From Candidatus Moraniibacteriota bacterium (GTDB taxonomy: Bacteria > Patescibacteriota > Minisyncoccia > Moranbacterales > UBA1568), in assembly GCA_037441965.1 (NCBI GenBank), contig JBBIRD010000003.1:6741-70740 (forward strand): a stretch of 64,000 nucleotides of DNA, given 5' to 3'. The notes under the pieces were generated by a model that saw nothing but the letters and a program-made list of their open reading frames with translations, was not told where the DNA came from and made no database searches. A program made the translations under genes and the position numbers. Below are positions 17,574 to 26,975 of this stretch, piece after piece. Position 1 is the first letter of the stretch, and each line of letters opens with the position of its first letter.

Positions 17574-19196
17574 TTAGTTTTTCTCTACGCTCATTATTTT
17601 TCCACCGAGCATTTCCATTGCTTGATCAATAAGCGGATTATTTTCTGTTATTGCTTGGTCTTTCTTCGTGGAAGATTCTTCAATAATAATTTTAATTTTC
17701 GTTTTCGATTTTAGTATCGTATCAAAAGCTGTTGCGAGTGTCAATTGATTTGCTTTTTCATCAAGGCGTTCTTTATGAAAAGGATATTTTACAGCGATAG
17801 TAATTACATTGTGAGATATTCCTACAGGACGCGCTGTAGAAAGAGCAAGACTGAGTGATGCATTGAGTTTTTTTGAGGTATTCAAGATAGTATTCCATTC
17901 ATTCATAATAGTATTGAAATCAATTTCTGATGGTGTTTCTTCTGTCATTTCTTCTGGTATTTTTGTAGAATGAAGGATTTCTTGTTCTTCTTCTTTTATT
18001 TTTTTTGGTGAGGATGCTGATGAATTGATATTCTGAATGGTTTCTTTTTTTGTTGTTTCTTCTATTTTCTGATTTGATATCGGAAGAGGGGATTTCTCAT
18101 TTTGTGAGATAATTTTTACGAGTGCAATCTGCAGGGGGAGTTCTGGAATGACGGAAACTTTACTTCCTATTTGTGCGATTTGAACATATTCAATTATACG
18201 GATAATATCATTTGGAGAGAATACAGATGCCAGTGTTCGCATATCATTTTTCTGTTCATCGGTGAAGGAATCAAGATCCTCAAGACCATTTTCGATATTA
18301 GCTGATACCAAGAGGAGATCGCGAAGATAATGAAGGAAGACGCCACAAAAAATTGATAAGTCGGTTCCATCGAGAGAAAGTTTAGTGACGAAGTTCAAAC
18401 TTTTATATAATTCATTTTTTGCTACAAGATGAAGGAGTTCAACGATAGTGTCTTTTTTTGTTGTCCCTAGTATCTCGATGACTTTTTCTTCGGTGATAAG
18501 TGATGTTTCAAGGGAGATAATTTGCATCAAAAGGGATTCTGCGTCGCGCATACCTCCTTCTGCAGTGAGAGCAATCATTTCGAGTGCTTTAGCGTCGATA
18601 GTTAGTTTTTCTGATTGAGCAATTTTTGTGAGTTTCTCTATGATACTTTTTACTGGGAAACGAGAAAGATCGAAGCGCTGGCAACGAGAGATAATCGTAT
18701 CAGGAATCTTGTGAAGTGCAGTGGTTGCGAGGATGAATATGACATGCATTGGTGGTTCTTCAAGTGTTTTGAGAAGAGCATTAAACGCTCCAGTGGAAAG
18801 CATATGTACCTCATCAATAATGTAGATTTTATGTGACCCAAGTGTTGGTGGAAGCATAACCGTTTCTCGTAATTCACGAATATTATCTACGCTATTATTG
18901 GAGGCAGCATCGATTTCTACAATATCTAAAGACCTTCCTTCATTCATAAGGAGACAATGTTCGCAAGTATTGCAAGGCTCGCTCCCTTTTCTTTTTGAGC
19001 AATTGACTGCTTTTGCAAAAAGACGAGCTAAAGTTGTCTTGCCTGTTCCACGAGGTCCAGTAAAAAGATATGCTTGACCAACACGACCAAGTTTAAGAGC
19101 GTTTGTAAGTGTTGTAACAATATGTTTCTGTCCTACAACATCAGAAAATGTTTGAGGACGATATTTTCGATAGAGTGTGGCAGATGATGAGGTCAT
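17574..19196 (-). CDS. dnaX: DNA polymerase III subunit gamma/tau
   Basis: LYRKYRP, GPRGTGKTT, Zn-binding Cys cluster, IIDEVHML, SRC, GGMRDA. Confidence 0.97.
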   Translation of the reverse strand: MTSSSATLYRKYRPQTFSDVVGQKHIVTTLTNALKLGRVGQAYLFTGPRGTGKTTLARLFAKAVNCSKRKGSEPCNTCEHCLLMNEGRSLDIVEIDAASNNSVDNIRELRETVMLPPTLGSHKIYIIDEVHMLSTGAFNALLKTLEEPPMHVIFILATTALHKIPDTIISRCQRFDLSRFPVKSIIEKLTKIAQSEKLTIDAKALEMIALTAEGGMRDAESLLMQIISLETSLITEEKVIEILGTTKKDTIVELLHLVAKNELYKSLNFVTKLSLDGTDLSIFCGVFLHYLRDLLLVSANIENGLEDLDSFTDEQKNDMRTLASVFSPNDIIRIIEYVQIAQIGSKVSVIPELPLQIALVKIISQNEKSPLPISNQKIEETTKKETIQNINSSASSPKKIKEEEQEILHSTKIPEEMTEETPSEIDFNTIMNEWNTILNTSKKLNASLSLALSTARPVGISHNVITIAVKYPFHKERLDEKANQLTLATAFDTILKSKTKIKIIIEESSTKKDQAITENNPLIDQAMEMLGGKIMSVEKN

Positions 19197-19322
19197 AGAA
19201 TAATTCTCAATAGCGGTATAATAATAGGTGAATGTAGAACAGACTCTATAAAGTATAACTCTTTTTTAGAAATGAAAAAAGAGTAGTATATGCTTTTCTT
19301 CTATCAAAGGGAAATAGTCTAT

Positions 19323-19778
19323 TTATTTTTTGAAAACAAAAAGTTTATAACCAATGAAATTCCATACCAATGAAAAGCCTGTTGCAAAAAGTTTGGCAAT
19401 ATTTGCCCACATAACAGCACTGAGATTGAAAAATGGAGGGATATGAGTGGTAATACTCGTTAGTACCGCACCATTGATGAGAAGTCCAATAATACTGATA
19501 ATGAAAAAAGCAGAAAATTTGATTGTAGCTTGTTCGGTTTTTGTTTTATCTTGAAATGTCCAGTATTTGTTCATAAAATAGCTATTCATAACTGCAACGG
19601 AGAAAGAAATACTATTCAAGATGAAAAGACGACTACCGGCTTCTATACCAGTGACATAGATCAGGGTGTTCAGTACGAGAAAATCGATACCCGTATTGAT
19701 ACCGCCGACAATAACAAATTTAGCAAATTGTTTTATAACACGTTCCAATCGCGCCTTATCCCAATTCTTTATCTCCAT
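19323..19778 (-). CDS. GtrA-family membrane protein
   Basis: QFAKFVIVGGINTGID, NSYFMNKYWTF and WNFIGYKLFVF motifs. Confidence 0.9.
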   Translation of the reverse strand: MEIKNWDKARLERVIKQFAKFVIVGGINTGIDFLVLNTLIYVTGIEAGSRLFILNSISFSVAVMNSYFMNKYWTFQDKTKTEQATIKFSAFFIISIIGLLINGAVLTSITTHIPPFFNLSAVMWANIAKLFATGFSLVWNFIGYKLFVFKK

Positions 19779-19786
19779 AACTATTT

Positions 19787-20584
19787 TTATGAGGCGCTTT
19801 GTTTAATTTCCTTTTCAATTTCTTCCATATCACGCACCCAATCATCAAGAGTGTGTGTGTCTTCTGATGTGAAAGTGTCATCTGATTGTACAAAAGAATC
19901 TGGTTTCGATTCAGTATCTTTTAGATCTTTCTTCCAGATATTGATACTTTCATTTTCTTCCGTAGCTTTAGTGAGAGCATTTTGCCAATCTTCACGAGCA
20001 CCTTTTTGAATAATATTTTCGATAGCAGCCCAGGTCGCATCAGAATCCTGAGAAGTCACAATAGCCACTTCATCTCCAGGCATTGCTTTGAAATAAGTAA
20101 TAGAAGCAAGGAGAACGCGAAATGGTTTGCCATCAGCAATGACATAATAATTCCCATTTTCATCTTGTGTTACCACAGCAATGGCATGATTACGATCCAC
20201 TGGTCCTACTTGTTTGTAGAGAAAAGCGCCACGATCAGTGATAGTGAGTTTGAGCATATCACCTTCGACAAGTTTGGATTTGGAAGCATAATTTGCAGGA
20301 ACAGGGTACTGTCTTCCATCTGTACCAATCATAAGCTGACCATCAAATGTTCCTTCGACAACCGTTCCTTCGACAGTATCAAGATCAACTTTTCGAGGAC
20401 GTCCTGTTTTTTTCTTTCCTTCGAGTTGGAGGAGCATAGCTTTAGCTCCTTGAATAGTTTTTTCTGCACTGAGTACCATATCACGAAGCGCTTTAATCTT
20501 AGCGAGTTGCTCCTCGGTGCTTTGAAGTTCTGGATCGATATGCGTTGTGTTGTTTGCTGTCATAGTGTTTATTTTTACGATCAT
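19787..20584 (-). CDS. Conserved hypothetical protein: coiled coil, GRP (AT-hook-like) motif, two AbrB-like beta repeats, acidic tail
   Basis: KKTGRPRK; VPANYASKSKLVEGDMLKLTI; ASITYFKAMPGDEVAIV. Confidence 0.7.
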   Translation of the reverse strand: MIVKINTMTANNTTHIDPELQSTEEQLAKIKALRDMVLSAEKTIQGAKAMLLQLEGKKKTGRPRKVDLDTVEGTVVEGTFDGQLMIGTDGRQYPVPANYASKSKLVEGDMLKLTITDRGAFLYKQVGPVDRNHAIAVVTQDENGNYYVIADGKPFRVLLASITYFKAMPGDEVAIVTSQDSDATWAAIENIIQKGAREDWQNALTKATEENESINIWKKDLKDTESKPDSFVQSDDTFTSEDTHTLDDWVRDMEEIEKEIKQSAS

Positions 20585-20839
20585 TGAAGATCGGTATGTA
20601 ATGTTTTGTTTTTATATTATGTCTTCAGTATAAACAACTCTTTGAATAAATGCAAATGTTTTCTGTAAGCGTATTTGCCTATGAAAAAGAATGTATGCAG
20701 AGATGCTTTTTTGATGAAAAAAGATCTTCTTTTTTCTCATATCGCTTGGGGTTGACAAAAATTGAGAATATGCGGTAATATAAAGTCTCTCGAAAGAACA
20801 AAGAAGAGAGCATCGCAAGTATATGTAAAAAGAATATTT

Positions 20840-21916
20840 ATGGCTCGGCAAAACAATGAAAATAGCGCTGTTTCAGAAATAGCACCAGAGGAGAGTGTGT
20901 TATTTTTTGTTTCTTCTTTGGATCATTTTCTTAAAAAACTACCGATTCGTTCACGAAATATTTTATTAGCACGTTTTGGACTACTCGGAAAAACAGCAGA
21001 AACGCTTGAAGAAATAGGTCAAACATATACCATCACGCGTGAACGTGTACGCCAGGTAATTCTAAGCGGATTCAATCTTCTGAAAACAGAGAAAGAGCAT
21101 CCTCTTTTTAAAAAAGTAACGAAGCGTATTGTATCAGCACTGGAAGAACAAAACGGAATTGTTCCGGTTCATACTTTACTGGATATGCTCGCTTCTGAAG
21201 ATGAAAAAGAACGAGGATCGCTTCTTGTATTTATTGAATGCATAACATCTGTGAAAGAAGTAAAAGCAACAAAAGAATACGAAAAAGCATATATTTTAAA
21301 AGATTTTTCATTTGAATTGTGGGAGAAAGTAAAAAACGAGGCAATACGAATACTGAAGACAGGAAATCAGTCATTGACATCAGAAGAACTTTTCGCACAG
21401 TTTCAATTCGTTGACGAGACAATAAATAAGCAAATGCTTATACACTTCCTTTCAGTATCGAAAGAGGTTAAACAAAATGTTTTCGGAAAATGGGGATTGG
21501 TAGAATGGAGCGATATAAAACCTCGTGGCACGAGAGAAAAAGCATATCTTGTACTCAAGACCACAGGGAAATTACTCCATTTTCGAGAAATTGCTTCTCT
21601 TATTGATAGTTATGGGTTAAAGAGTGCAAAGAAAACGAAAAGTCATCCTCAAACTGTACATAATGAACTTATTAAAGATGATCGTTTCGTTCTTGTTGGT
21701 CGCGGTACTTATGCGCTTGCCGAATGGGGGTATAAAAGAGGAACGGTGAGAGAAGTTTTGACAGAGATTCTCCGTAAATCAAATACACCACTTTCCCGCG
21801 AAGAGATATTAAATCAGATTCTGAAAATTCGTCAGGTAAAAAAATCAACGGTGATTATTAACCTCAATACTTTTTTCTCTCGCGTAGGGAGAGATGCGTA
21901 CACTTTAAAAAAATAA
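20840..21916 (+). CDS. Sigma70 region-4 HTH fused to tandem winged-HTH (HARE-HTH/RNAP delta-like) domains
   Basis: RFGL...TLEEIGQTYTITRERVRQ; LHFREIA...QTVHNEL..DDRFVLVGRGTYAL; no sigma region 2; TTGACA at 20752 upstream. Confidence 0.8.
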   Translation: MARQNNENSAVSEIAPEESVLFFVSSLDHFLKKLPIRSRNILLARFGLLGKTAETLEEIGQTYTITRERVRQVILSGFNLLKTEKEHPLFKKVTKRIVSALEEQNGIVPVHTLLDMLASEDEKERGSLLVFIECITSVKEVKATKEYEKAYILKDFSFELWEKVKNEAIRILKTGNQSLTSEELFAQFQFVDETINKQMLIHFLSVSKEVKQNVFGKWGLVEWSDIKPRGTREKAYLVLKTTGKLLHFREIASLIDSYGLKSAKKTKSHPQTVHNELIKDDRFVLVGRGTYALAEWGYKRGTVREVLTEILRKSNTPLSREEILNQILKIRQVKKSTVIINLNTFFSRVGRDAYTLKK

Positions 21917-21978
21917 TACCCACTCTTTTATTTCTCTCTTTTTATCTAATATGCTAAAATAAAAAGTGTTTCGGTAGA

Positions 21979-23334
21979 GTGAAAGAATATTTTTTTACTC
22001 GTATAATGAAGAGGTCAACGAACCTCACAGAAATGAATACTCTTTTTTTGCATCTTTCACAAATGTTTTCTAGTATTTCTCATACATTCAGTCCGTTATT
22101 GGATGTGTGGTTTTTGATTTTTCCGCCTCTTCTCTTTGAAGTATTTAAACCTTTTTGGGAATCGCACATACAAAGTCAATACTCATCGAGTGTAAAAAAA
22201 GTGCTTCTCGAGATTATTCCTCCTCGTGATTCTGAGAAGAGTCCTCTTCTTATGGAATCTATTTATGCAGTACTTGCAGGTATTCATTCGACTCCGAGTA
22301 TTTCTGAACAGTGGATCAAAGGTGTTTTTGTTTTGTCTTTTTCTTTGGAAATTGCAAGTATCGAAGGACAAGTGCATTTGTATGTACGTACTCCTGTACA
22401 GTTTCGTGATTTGGTAGAGTCTGCTTTTTATGCACAATATCCAAATGTAGAGATTATTGAAGCAGATGACTATGTAAATCTCGTTCCGAAAACTGCTCCG
22501 AATAAAGATTGGGATCTTTGGGGAACGGATTTTCTCCTTTCTGCTGATGATTTGTACCCTATAAAAACCTATAAATACTTCGAAGAAACAGTAACTGGAA
22601 AAATGATTGATCCTTTAGCGGGACTGATTGAAACAATGTCAAAAATCGGCCCTGGTCAACATATTTGGCTTCAATATATTATTACACCACTGCATGCAAA
22701 TACACAGAAAATACTTCAGAAAACCATTGATAAGTTTCTTGGAAAAGAAGAAAAGAAAAAACAAGGAATATTTGGCAGTATAATGATATTTTTTCAAGAT
22801 ATTTTTATGAATGTCGGGCGCGGTATAGCTGGACGTGAATTTGTATTTACTTCTGCAGGAGGAGAATCAAAGAAAGATGAATCGCCCGTTGAGTTTCGTC
22901 TTACTCCAGGAGAGAAAGAAAGATTGAAAGCATTGGAATCAAATATCGGTAAGCAGATGTTTCGTACTCGTATGCGTCATATCTATGTTGGAAGGCGTGA
23001 GGCTTTTAATAAAGCGAACGGTGTGTCTGCATTCATTGGAGCTCTTAAGCAATTCAATGATTATAATTTGAATGGATTTCGACCTGATGATAATACGAAA
23101 ACTTATTCAAATTATGTTCTCAGAGAAGAACGATTAAGATATAGACAACGTCGTGTATTTAGGCGCTATATTACGAGAGATTCAGATCCACAAGGGACAC
23201 GATTCATTCTGAGTACGGAGGAACTCGCAACCGTTTTTCATATTCCAGATATGTCGGTTGCTAGTCCTAATATCTCTCATGTGTCATCAAAACGTGGTGG
23301 TGCTCCCATTAATCTCCCTATTCAAGAAGAATAA
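21979..23334 (+). CDS. Membrane-anchored hypothetical protein partnering the VirD4-like ATPase
   Basis: N-terminal TM; LLEIIPP..., FSLEIAS, YAQYPNVEI, LYPIKTY, LSTEELATVFH.P; 5 nt before the ATPase gene. Confidence 0.75.
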   Translation: MKEYFFTRIMKRSTNLTEMNTLFLHLSQMFSSISHTFSPLLDVWFLIFPPLLFEVFKPFWESHIQSQYSSSVKKVLLEIIPPRDSEKSPLLMESIYAVLAGIHSTPSISEQWIKGVFVLSFSLEIASIEGQVHLYVRTPVQFRDLVESAFYAQYPNVEIIEADDYVNLVPKTAPNKDWDLWGTDFLLSADDLYPIKTYKYFEETVTGKMIDPLAGLIETMSKIGPGQHIWLQYIITPLHANTQKILQKTIDKFLGKEEKKKQGIFGSIMIFFQDIFMNVGRGIAGREFVFTSAGGESKKDESPVEFRLTPGEKERLKALESNIGKQMFRTRMRHIYVGRREAFNKANGVSAFIGALKQFNDYNLNGFRPDDNTKTYSNYVLREERLRYRQRRVFRRYITRDSDPQGTRFILSTEELATVFHIPDMSVASPNISHVSSKRGGAPINLPIQEE

Positions 23335-23339
23335 CTCTT

Positions 23340-25298
23340 ATGGCTACACATAATCAAAACGATATTACTTTTTTTGCAAAAACAAACTTTCGTAACCAAG
23401 AGCGTATTTTTGGTATCAAGACAGATGATCGTCGTCGTCATATGTATGTCATCGGGAAGACAGGTATGGGGAAGACGAACTTACTTGAAAATCTGGCTAT
23501 TCAAGATATTCAAAAAGGACATGGCATCGCTTTCATCGATCCTCACGGGGATACGGCAGAGAAACTTATTAAAGCGATACCATCAAATCGTATCAATGAT
23601 GTGATCTATCTTAATCCATCGGATCAAGATTTTCCAATTGCTTTTAATGTGATGGAAAAGGTAGATCCAGAATATAGACATCTCGTTGCATCAGGATTAG
23701 TTGGTGTGTTTAAGAAGATATGGGCTGATTCTTGGGGACCTAGACTCGAATACATTTTACGCAATGCCATACTTGCATTGCTTGAATATCCTGGGAGTAC
23801 ATTGTTAGGAGTAACACGTATTCTTGTAGATAAATCATATCGTGCCAAAGTAGTAGAAAAAATTACTGATCCTGTGGTACGAAGTTTTTGGGTGGATGAA
23901 TTTTCTCAGTGGAATGACAGAGTACTCCAAGAAGTAATTTCACCAATTCAGAACAAAGTTGGACAATTTCTTTCGAGCTCTCTTATTCGTAATATCGTTG
24001 GTCAAACCGTTTCTTCTTTTAATGTTCGTGAAGTTATGGATCAGCGAAAGATTCTTATTATCAATCTGTCAAAAGGGCGTATCGGTGAAGATAATGGAGC
24101 ACTTCTTGGTGCAATGATGATCACAAAAATTCAACTCGCAGCAATGGGACGCGTTGATATACCTGAAGAAGATCGAAGAGATTTTTATCTTTATGTTGAT
24201 GAGTTTCAAAACTTTGCTACTGAATCATTTGCAAATATATTGTCCGAAGCTCGTAAATATCATCTCAATCTTATTCTCGCCAATCAGTATGTTACACAAA
24301 TAGAAGAAACTGTCCGCGATGCTATTTTTGGAAATGCAGGATCTCTTATTTCTTTCCGTGTCGGTGCGATGGATGCCGAGTTTCTTGAAAAAGAATTTGA
24401 ACCGGTATTTATGATGAATGATATTATCAATCTTCCGAAGTATCAGATTTATCTGAAGCTTATGATCGATGGTATTGCAGGGGATGCATTTAGTGCAACT
24501 ACGCTTCCGCCAATAAAACTTGAAGATGCGGGTAATGAAGCAAAGATTATTCAGAGTTCAAGAGAGCGTTATTCGTCGAGTCGTGAGATGGTAGAAGATA
24601 AGATTCGTCGCTGGAGTGGAATGCTTACCCCTGAAGAACGACAAGCAATAGCTGAGTCACAGAGTATCTTTGAAGGAAAAGTGAAGAAAAATCTCCAGAG
24701 AGGAGATCAACCGATCAAGCAAGAAACGAATAAGAAATCAAATACTTCTTCTTTTCGTCCAGCACTCGCGCCAAAACGAGATACTGCTATTTCGCTGGAA
24801 CCTTTAGAGGTATTGAAATCCAGACCTGCGTTTTCTCACAATGAAGAAAAGGAGAACATACATCAAGATACAGACGAGTCAGTAAAAAATACATCATTGA
24901 TGAAAGAAATATCGAAAGAGAAAGTTTTGTATGAAGCAAAATGTGCGAGTTGTGATGAAGATATACAAGTGCCATTCAAACCAGATGGTCAGAGGCCGAC
25001 TTTTTGTAAGGCTTGTTTGCGGGATTATCAACGATCTGTGGCAAAAGTTCGTAATGAAATTGAAGTAAAAAAAAGAGAAGAAACCGTGATAAATCCTCAG
25101 ACTTCGCCTATACAAAAAAAAGAATCGTATCATAAATCATATGTTTCATCAGAGGTGCCACTTTCACTTCATCAAATGAATTATATTGGCGCAAAAAAAT
25201 TTCAATCATTGAATCATAAGCCAGTAGTCAATTTGAAAGAAGTCCGTGCTATGATACAAAATGTGAAGAAAGATGATGTAAATACGAGAGAGTCTTGA
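23340..25298 (+). CDS. VirD4/TraD/TrwB-like (HerA-FtsK superfamily) coupling ATPase with C-terminal CxxC-x17-CxxC domain
   Basis: Walker A GKTGMGKT, IDPHGD, Walker B YVDEFQ, SEARKY, ANQ; CASC-x17-CKAC. Confidence 0.88.
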   Translation: MATHNQNDITFFAKTNFRNQERIFGIKTDDRRRHMYVIGKTGMGKTNLLENLAIQDIQKGHGIAFIDPHGDTAEKLIKAIPSNRINDVIYLNPSDQDFPIAFNVMEKVDPEYRHLVASGLVGVFKKIWADSWGPRLEYILRNAILALLEYPGSTLLGVTRILVDKSYRAKVVEKITDPVVRSFWVDEFSQWNDRVLQEVISPIQNKVGQFLSSSLIRNIVGQTVSSFNVREVMDQRKILIINLSKGRIGEDNGALLGAMMITKIQLAAMGRVDIPEEDRRDFYLYVDEFQNFATESFANILSEARKYHLNLILANQYVTQIEETVRDAIFGNAGSLISFRVGAMDAEFLEKEFEPVFMMNDIINLPKYQIYLKLMIDGIAGDAFSATTLPPIKLEDAGNEAKIIQSSRERYSSSREMVEDKIRRWSGMLTPEERQAIAESQSIFEGKVKKNLQRGDQPIKQETNKKSNTSSFRPALAPKRDTAISLEPLEVLKSRPAFSHNEEKENIHQDTDESVKNTSLMKEISKEKVLYEAKCASCDEDIQVPFKPDGQRPTFCKACLRDYQRSVAKVRNEIEVKKREETVINPQTSPIQKKESYHKSYVSSEVPLSLHQMNYIGAKKFQSLNHKPVVNLKEVRAMIQNVKKDDVNTRES

Positions 25299-25331
25299 AG
25301 ATTCTGTAAGAAATTGATAGTATAGTTCTAT

Positions 25332-25442
25332 ATGAGTTTTCGAAAATGGCACAAACGTGCGTATAAAATTTGGGTTGTTGTTTCTATCTTTGTTGTAATA
25401 TCAATGGTTGGTTTTCTCGTTGCTCCATTTTTTCTTCATTAA
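25332..25442 (+). CDS. Small single-TM membrane protein (36 aa), not in the ORF track
   Basis: MSFRKWHKRAYKIWVVVSIFVVISMVGFLVAPFFLH*: basic N-terminus plus TM helix; fills the gap before ftsB. Confidence 0.6.
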   Translation: MSFRKWHKRAYKIWVVVSIFVVISMVGFLVAPFFLH

Positions 25443-25462
25443 AAAATAGAGGAAACATTATT

Positions 25463-25852
25463 ATGATACAAAAAAGATGGTTTGTAAAAAGTATTATTGG
25501 TATAGTATTTCTTTTTTCGGTGTGGGTTATTATTATTTCTTCTCAGCAAATAAAAAGAAATTACCATATTGAAGAAGAAGTAGCGAAGCTTCAATCTGAG
25601 GCAGATAAAATTCGAATTGAAAATGAAACATTGGCCGAAAAAATTGCTTATTTTTCTTCTGATAATTTTCGTGAACAGGAGGCAAAACAAAAATTAGGAT
25701 TAAAAAAGGCAGATGAGAATGTTGTTGTGATTGTTCCTCGTCCAGAATTAGAAAAGAACAAAGAATCAATATCTCATACTCAAGAAGACGGTATTTCAAA
25801 AACTGGAGATTTGATTCCAGATTATAAAAAATGGTGGAGGTTGTTTTTTTAG
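25463..25852 (+). CDS. ftsB: FtsB/DivIC septum formation initiator family protein
   Basis: TM, then coiled coil, then EQEAKQKLGLKKADENVVVI. Confidence 0.8.
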   Translation: MIQKRWFVKSIIGIVFLFSVWVIIISSQQIKRNYHIEEEVAKLQSEADKIRIENETLAEKIAYFSSDNFREQEAKQKLGLKKADENVVVIVPRPELEKNKESISHTQEDGISKTGDLIPDYKKWWRLFF

Positions 25853-25874
25853 TTTTTTTACGAGTATAATCTGT

Positions 25875-26927
25875 ATGCAAAATACAAAAGATAAAGTTTC
25901 AAAAAAAATATCTATAAGCACTTTTATTTTTGCTTTTCTTATTTTTTGTATTTCTTTTTTTATTATAAGTCTAATACTTCTTTATATTTTCCCTGTATCT
26001 CAAAGTCTTACTAATCGTCTTAAAACTTCTTTACCGTATCCTCTTATATTGCTTGATTACAAAAATATAATTACATTTCGTGAATTATCTTCCAATATGG
26101 CTTCCGTACGACGTTTTTATGAAACGCAAGATTTCTCAAAAATTGGTTTACGAGTAGACTTCTCTACCGAAGATGGAAAAAAGCGTTTTAAAATACGAGA
26201 AAAGGAAGTATTGAATAAAATGATTGAAGACCTTGTAATAAAGACATTGGCATCGGAACAAGGTATTTTTGTAAGTCCAGAGGAAGCAGAACAATCCGTT
26301 GCTCGTAAATTGGAAGAATATGGAACCAAAGAAACAGTGAAGGAAGAACTTGATCGACTGTACGGATGGTCTCTTACTGATTTTGAGGAAAAAGTTGTGT
26401 TACCAAGTCTTTATCAAGAGAAGTTGGAAAAAGCTTTTTCTGGCCAATCAGTATCTGAAATAGAGATGTTAAACAAGAAAGTTCTCGAAGCACAGAAGGA
26501 TATTCGTTCTGGAACAACATTTTCAGAAGTAGAAAAGAAATATTCAGATGCAGAAACAAATGAAAATGGTGTATGGTTTGCTCTCGCAGATGTTCTTCCT
26601 GAATTGCAATCATCATTAGTAAAGCAAACAGTTGGAACATCAGGAGATGTAATAGAAAGTAGACTAGGATTCCATATCCTCTTTTTGCAAGAGAAGAAAC
26701 AAGAAGATACGAAAACATTGTATCGATTGAAACAAATTTTTGTAAAAAAAACGACTTTTGCTGATTATCTTTCAGAACAAATGAAAAAAATGTCAATAAT
26801 TGTACTTGTCCCAGAATATCAATGGAATAATGAATCTTCCCGCATAGAATTTACCGATGAGAGTATGCGAGATTTCGAGAAGAAGGTATATGAATCATCT
26901 GATAGTGATCCCGCATTTTTCTTTTGA
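25875..26927 (+). CDS. SurA/PrsA-like foldase (SurA N-domain plus degenerate parvulin domain)
   Basis: N-terminal TM; VLNKMIE...A...GI.VS; FSEV..KYSD; VIESRLGFHI. Confidence 0.75.
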   Translation: MQNTKDKVSKKISISTFIFAFLIFCISFFIISLILLYIFPVSQSLTNRLKTSLPYPLILLDYKNIITFRELSSNMASVRRFYETQDFSKIGLRVDFSTEDGKKRFKIREKEVLNKMIEDLVIKTLASEQGIFVSPEEAEQSVARKLEEYGTKETVKEELDRLYGWSLTDFEEKVVLPSLYQEKLEKAFSGQSVSEIEMLNKKVLEAQKDIRSGTTFSEVEKKYSDAETNENGVWFALADVLPELQSSLVKQTVGTSGDVIESRLGFHILFLQEKKQEDTKTLYRLKQIFVKKTTFADYLSEQMKKMSIIVLVPEYQWNNESSRIEFTDESMRDFEKKVYESSDSDPAFFF

Positions 26928-26975
26928 TGAAAAGATTTTTATTTTCGAAAATATAAAATATTTAACATAAAATAT

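Noticed and set aside
17995-18055. Programmed frameshift or slippage site in dnaX generating gamma
   Set aside because: A7-A8 runs occur after domain III, but such runs are common in this AT-rich genome and no stimulatory hairpin or internal SD is evident
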